The notes below the pieces were generated by a model. The model saw only the letters and a list, made by a program, of their open reading frames with translations, was not told the origin of the DNA and did not search any database. The translations under genes and the position numbers were made by a program. Positions 37,047-37,939 of a DNA stretch of 37,939 nucleotides are shown here, piece after piece; position 1 is the stretch's first letter; each line of letters opens with the position of its first letter. The DNA is from an uncultured Actinomycetes bacterium (GTDB lineage Bacteria > Actinomycetota > Acidimicrobiia > Acidimicrobiales > RAAP-2). The stretch is taken from assembly GCA_903824535.1 (NCBI GenBank), contig CAIJWX010000100.1:1-37939 (forward strand), read 5' to 3'.

Positions 37047-37939
37047 AACCTCGTCACAAAAAACTAAAGGGCAAAAGATATTTTGTATCTGCTCTCTTAA
37101 CTGCAATTGTCTTGATAGTTATTGCGGCCAGTACGTACTTTATTACTAACAAATCCGCTACCTCCACAACAACTACAACGACCTCAACGCAGCCACCGCA
37201 ATCAAATGTAACTATCTCGGCTGTTGGAGATATGGAGCTTGGCTCAACTCCTCAACTTCCTGATAACCCAGTTGCAATTTTTTCCAACGTCTCGTCAGCA
37301 TTAAAGGCACCAATTCAGTTTGGGAATCTTGAGGGCACACTGACCTCGGCGACAGAGTCAAAATGCGGTGCAAGCTCCACGAATTGTTATGCGTTTCGTA
37401 CTCCAACTTCGTTTGCAACTGCATTCGCAACTGTTGGATTCAATGTTTTAAATAGTGCAAATAATCACAGCAATGACTTTGGTTCACAGGGCCGCATTGA
37501 TACGTCAAAAGCTCTTGTGGGTGCTGGGATTGCACAAGCGGGTCTTCCTGGGCAGATTGCGATAATTAAGCAGGGGTCGACATCGGTTGCATTTGTGGGC
37601 TTTGCTCCTTATTACAACTCGAACAACCTCCTGAGCTTCTCGGCTGCTTCACAATTGATTGAAAAGGCAAAGCGACTTGCGAAGGTTGTTGTTGTGTACA
37701 TGCATGCTGGAGCTGAGGGGAGTGCTTCAGCTCATGTTACAAAGGCAACAGAAGTATTCTTTGGTGAAAATCGTGGTAATCCGTACGCATTCGCTCACGC
37801 GGCAATTGACAACGGAGCCGACCTAGTCATTGCAAGCGGGCCACATGTTCTTCGAGGGATGGAAGTGTACCGAGGTCATCTCATTAATTACAGTCTTGGT
37901 GACTTTGCGAACTTTCATAACTTTGCAACAGGTGGGAAT
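37040..37939 (+). CDS. CapA (PGA_cap) family metallophosphoesterase-like protein, 3' truncated (absent from the ORF track because it has no stop in the window)
   Basis: Own translation from GTG 37040: MVKPRHKKLKGKRYF, TM, TTTTTT, then ISAVGD, FGNLEG, ANNHSNDFG, MHAGAEG, SGPHV and YSLGDF. Confidence 0.9.
   Translation, partial: MVKPRHKKLKGKRYFVSALLTAIVLIVIAASTYFITNKSATSTTTTTTSTQPPQSNVTISAVGDMELGSTPQLPDNPVAIFSNVSSALKAPIQFGNLEGTLTSATESKCGASSTNCYAFRTPTSFATAFATVGFNVLNSANNHSNDFGSQGRIDTSKALVGAGIAQAGLPGQIAIIKQGSTSVAFVGFAPYYNSNNLLSFSAASQLIEKAKRLAKVVVVYMHAGAEGSASAHVTKATEVFFGENRGNPYAFAHAAIDNGADLVIASGPHVLRGMEVYRGHLINYSLGDFANFHNFATGGN

Overview
A gene-dense, roughly 50% GC (judged by eye) chromosomal segment of an actinobacterium, most likely class Acidimicrobiia (inferred from gene content and order). 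It contains about 32 CDS and one tRNA. I saw no mobile elements or CRISPR array. Left: the conserved mfd-(PrsA-like)-mazG-eno-ftsB-DUF501-ppx block, then rimJ-like, GT2, NlpC/P60 and a short-arm tRNA-Leu(UAA). Middle: cofD/cofE (F420) embedded in a large GDP-mannose-based cell-envelope glycosylation cluster (ManC-like, 2x GT4, Rmd-like SDR, 1088-aa GT2-membrane fusion, DUF5719-like, CPBP protease, GT-C/YfhO-like protein, phosphomannomutase, Trm112), interrupted by an FtsH and lacking the whiB/whiB2 gene usual at this locus. Right: a lipid-catabolic module (P450, thiolase, acyl-CoA dehydrogenase, F420-type LLM) containing an ARCHAEAL-type (pentameric, lumazine-synthase-fold) riboflavin synthase, the most surprising gene here. 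It is followed by a phosphodiester-glycosidase-like/CapA pair. Many genes look leaderless, and all convergent gene pairs overlap or abut. All calls come from motif recognition by eye; no searches were run.
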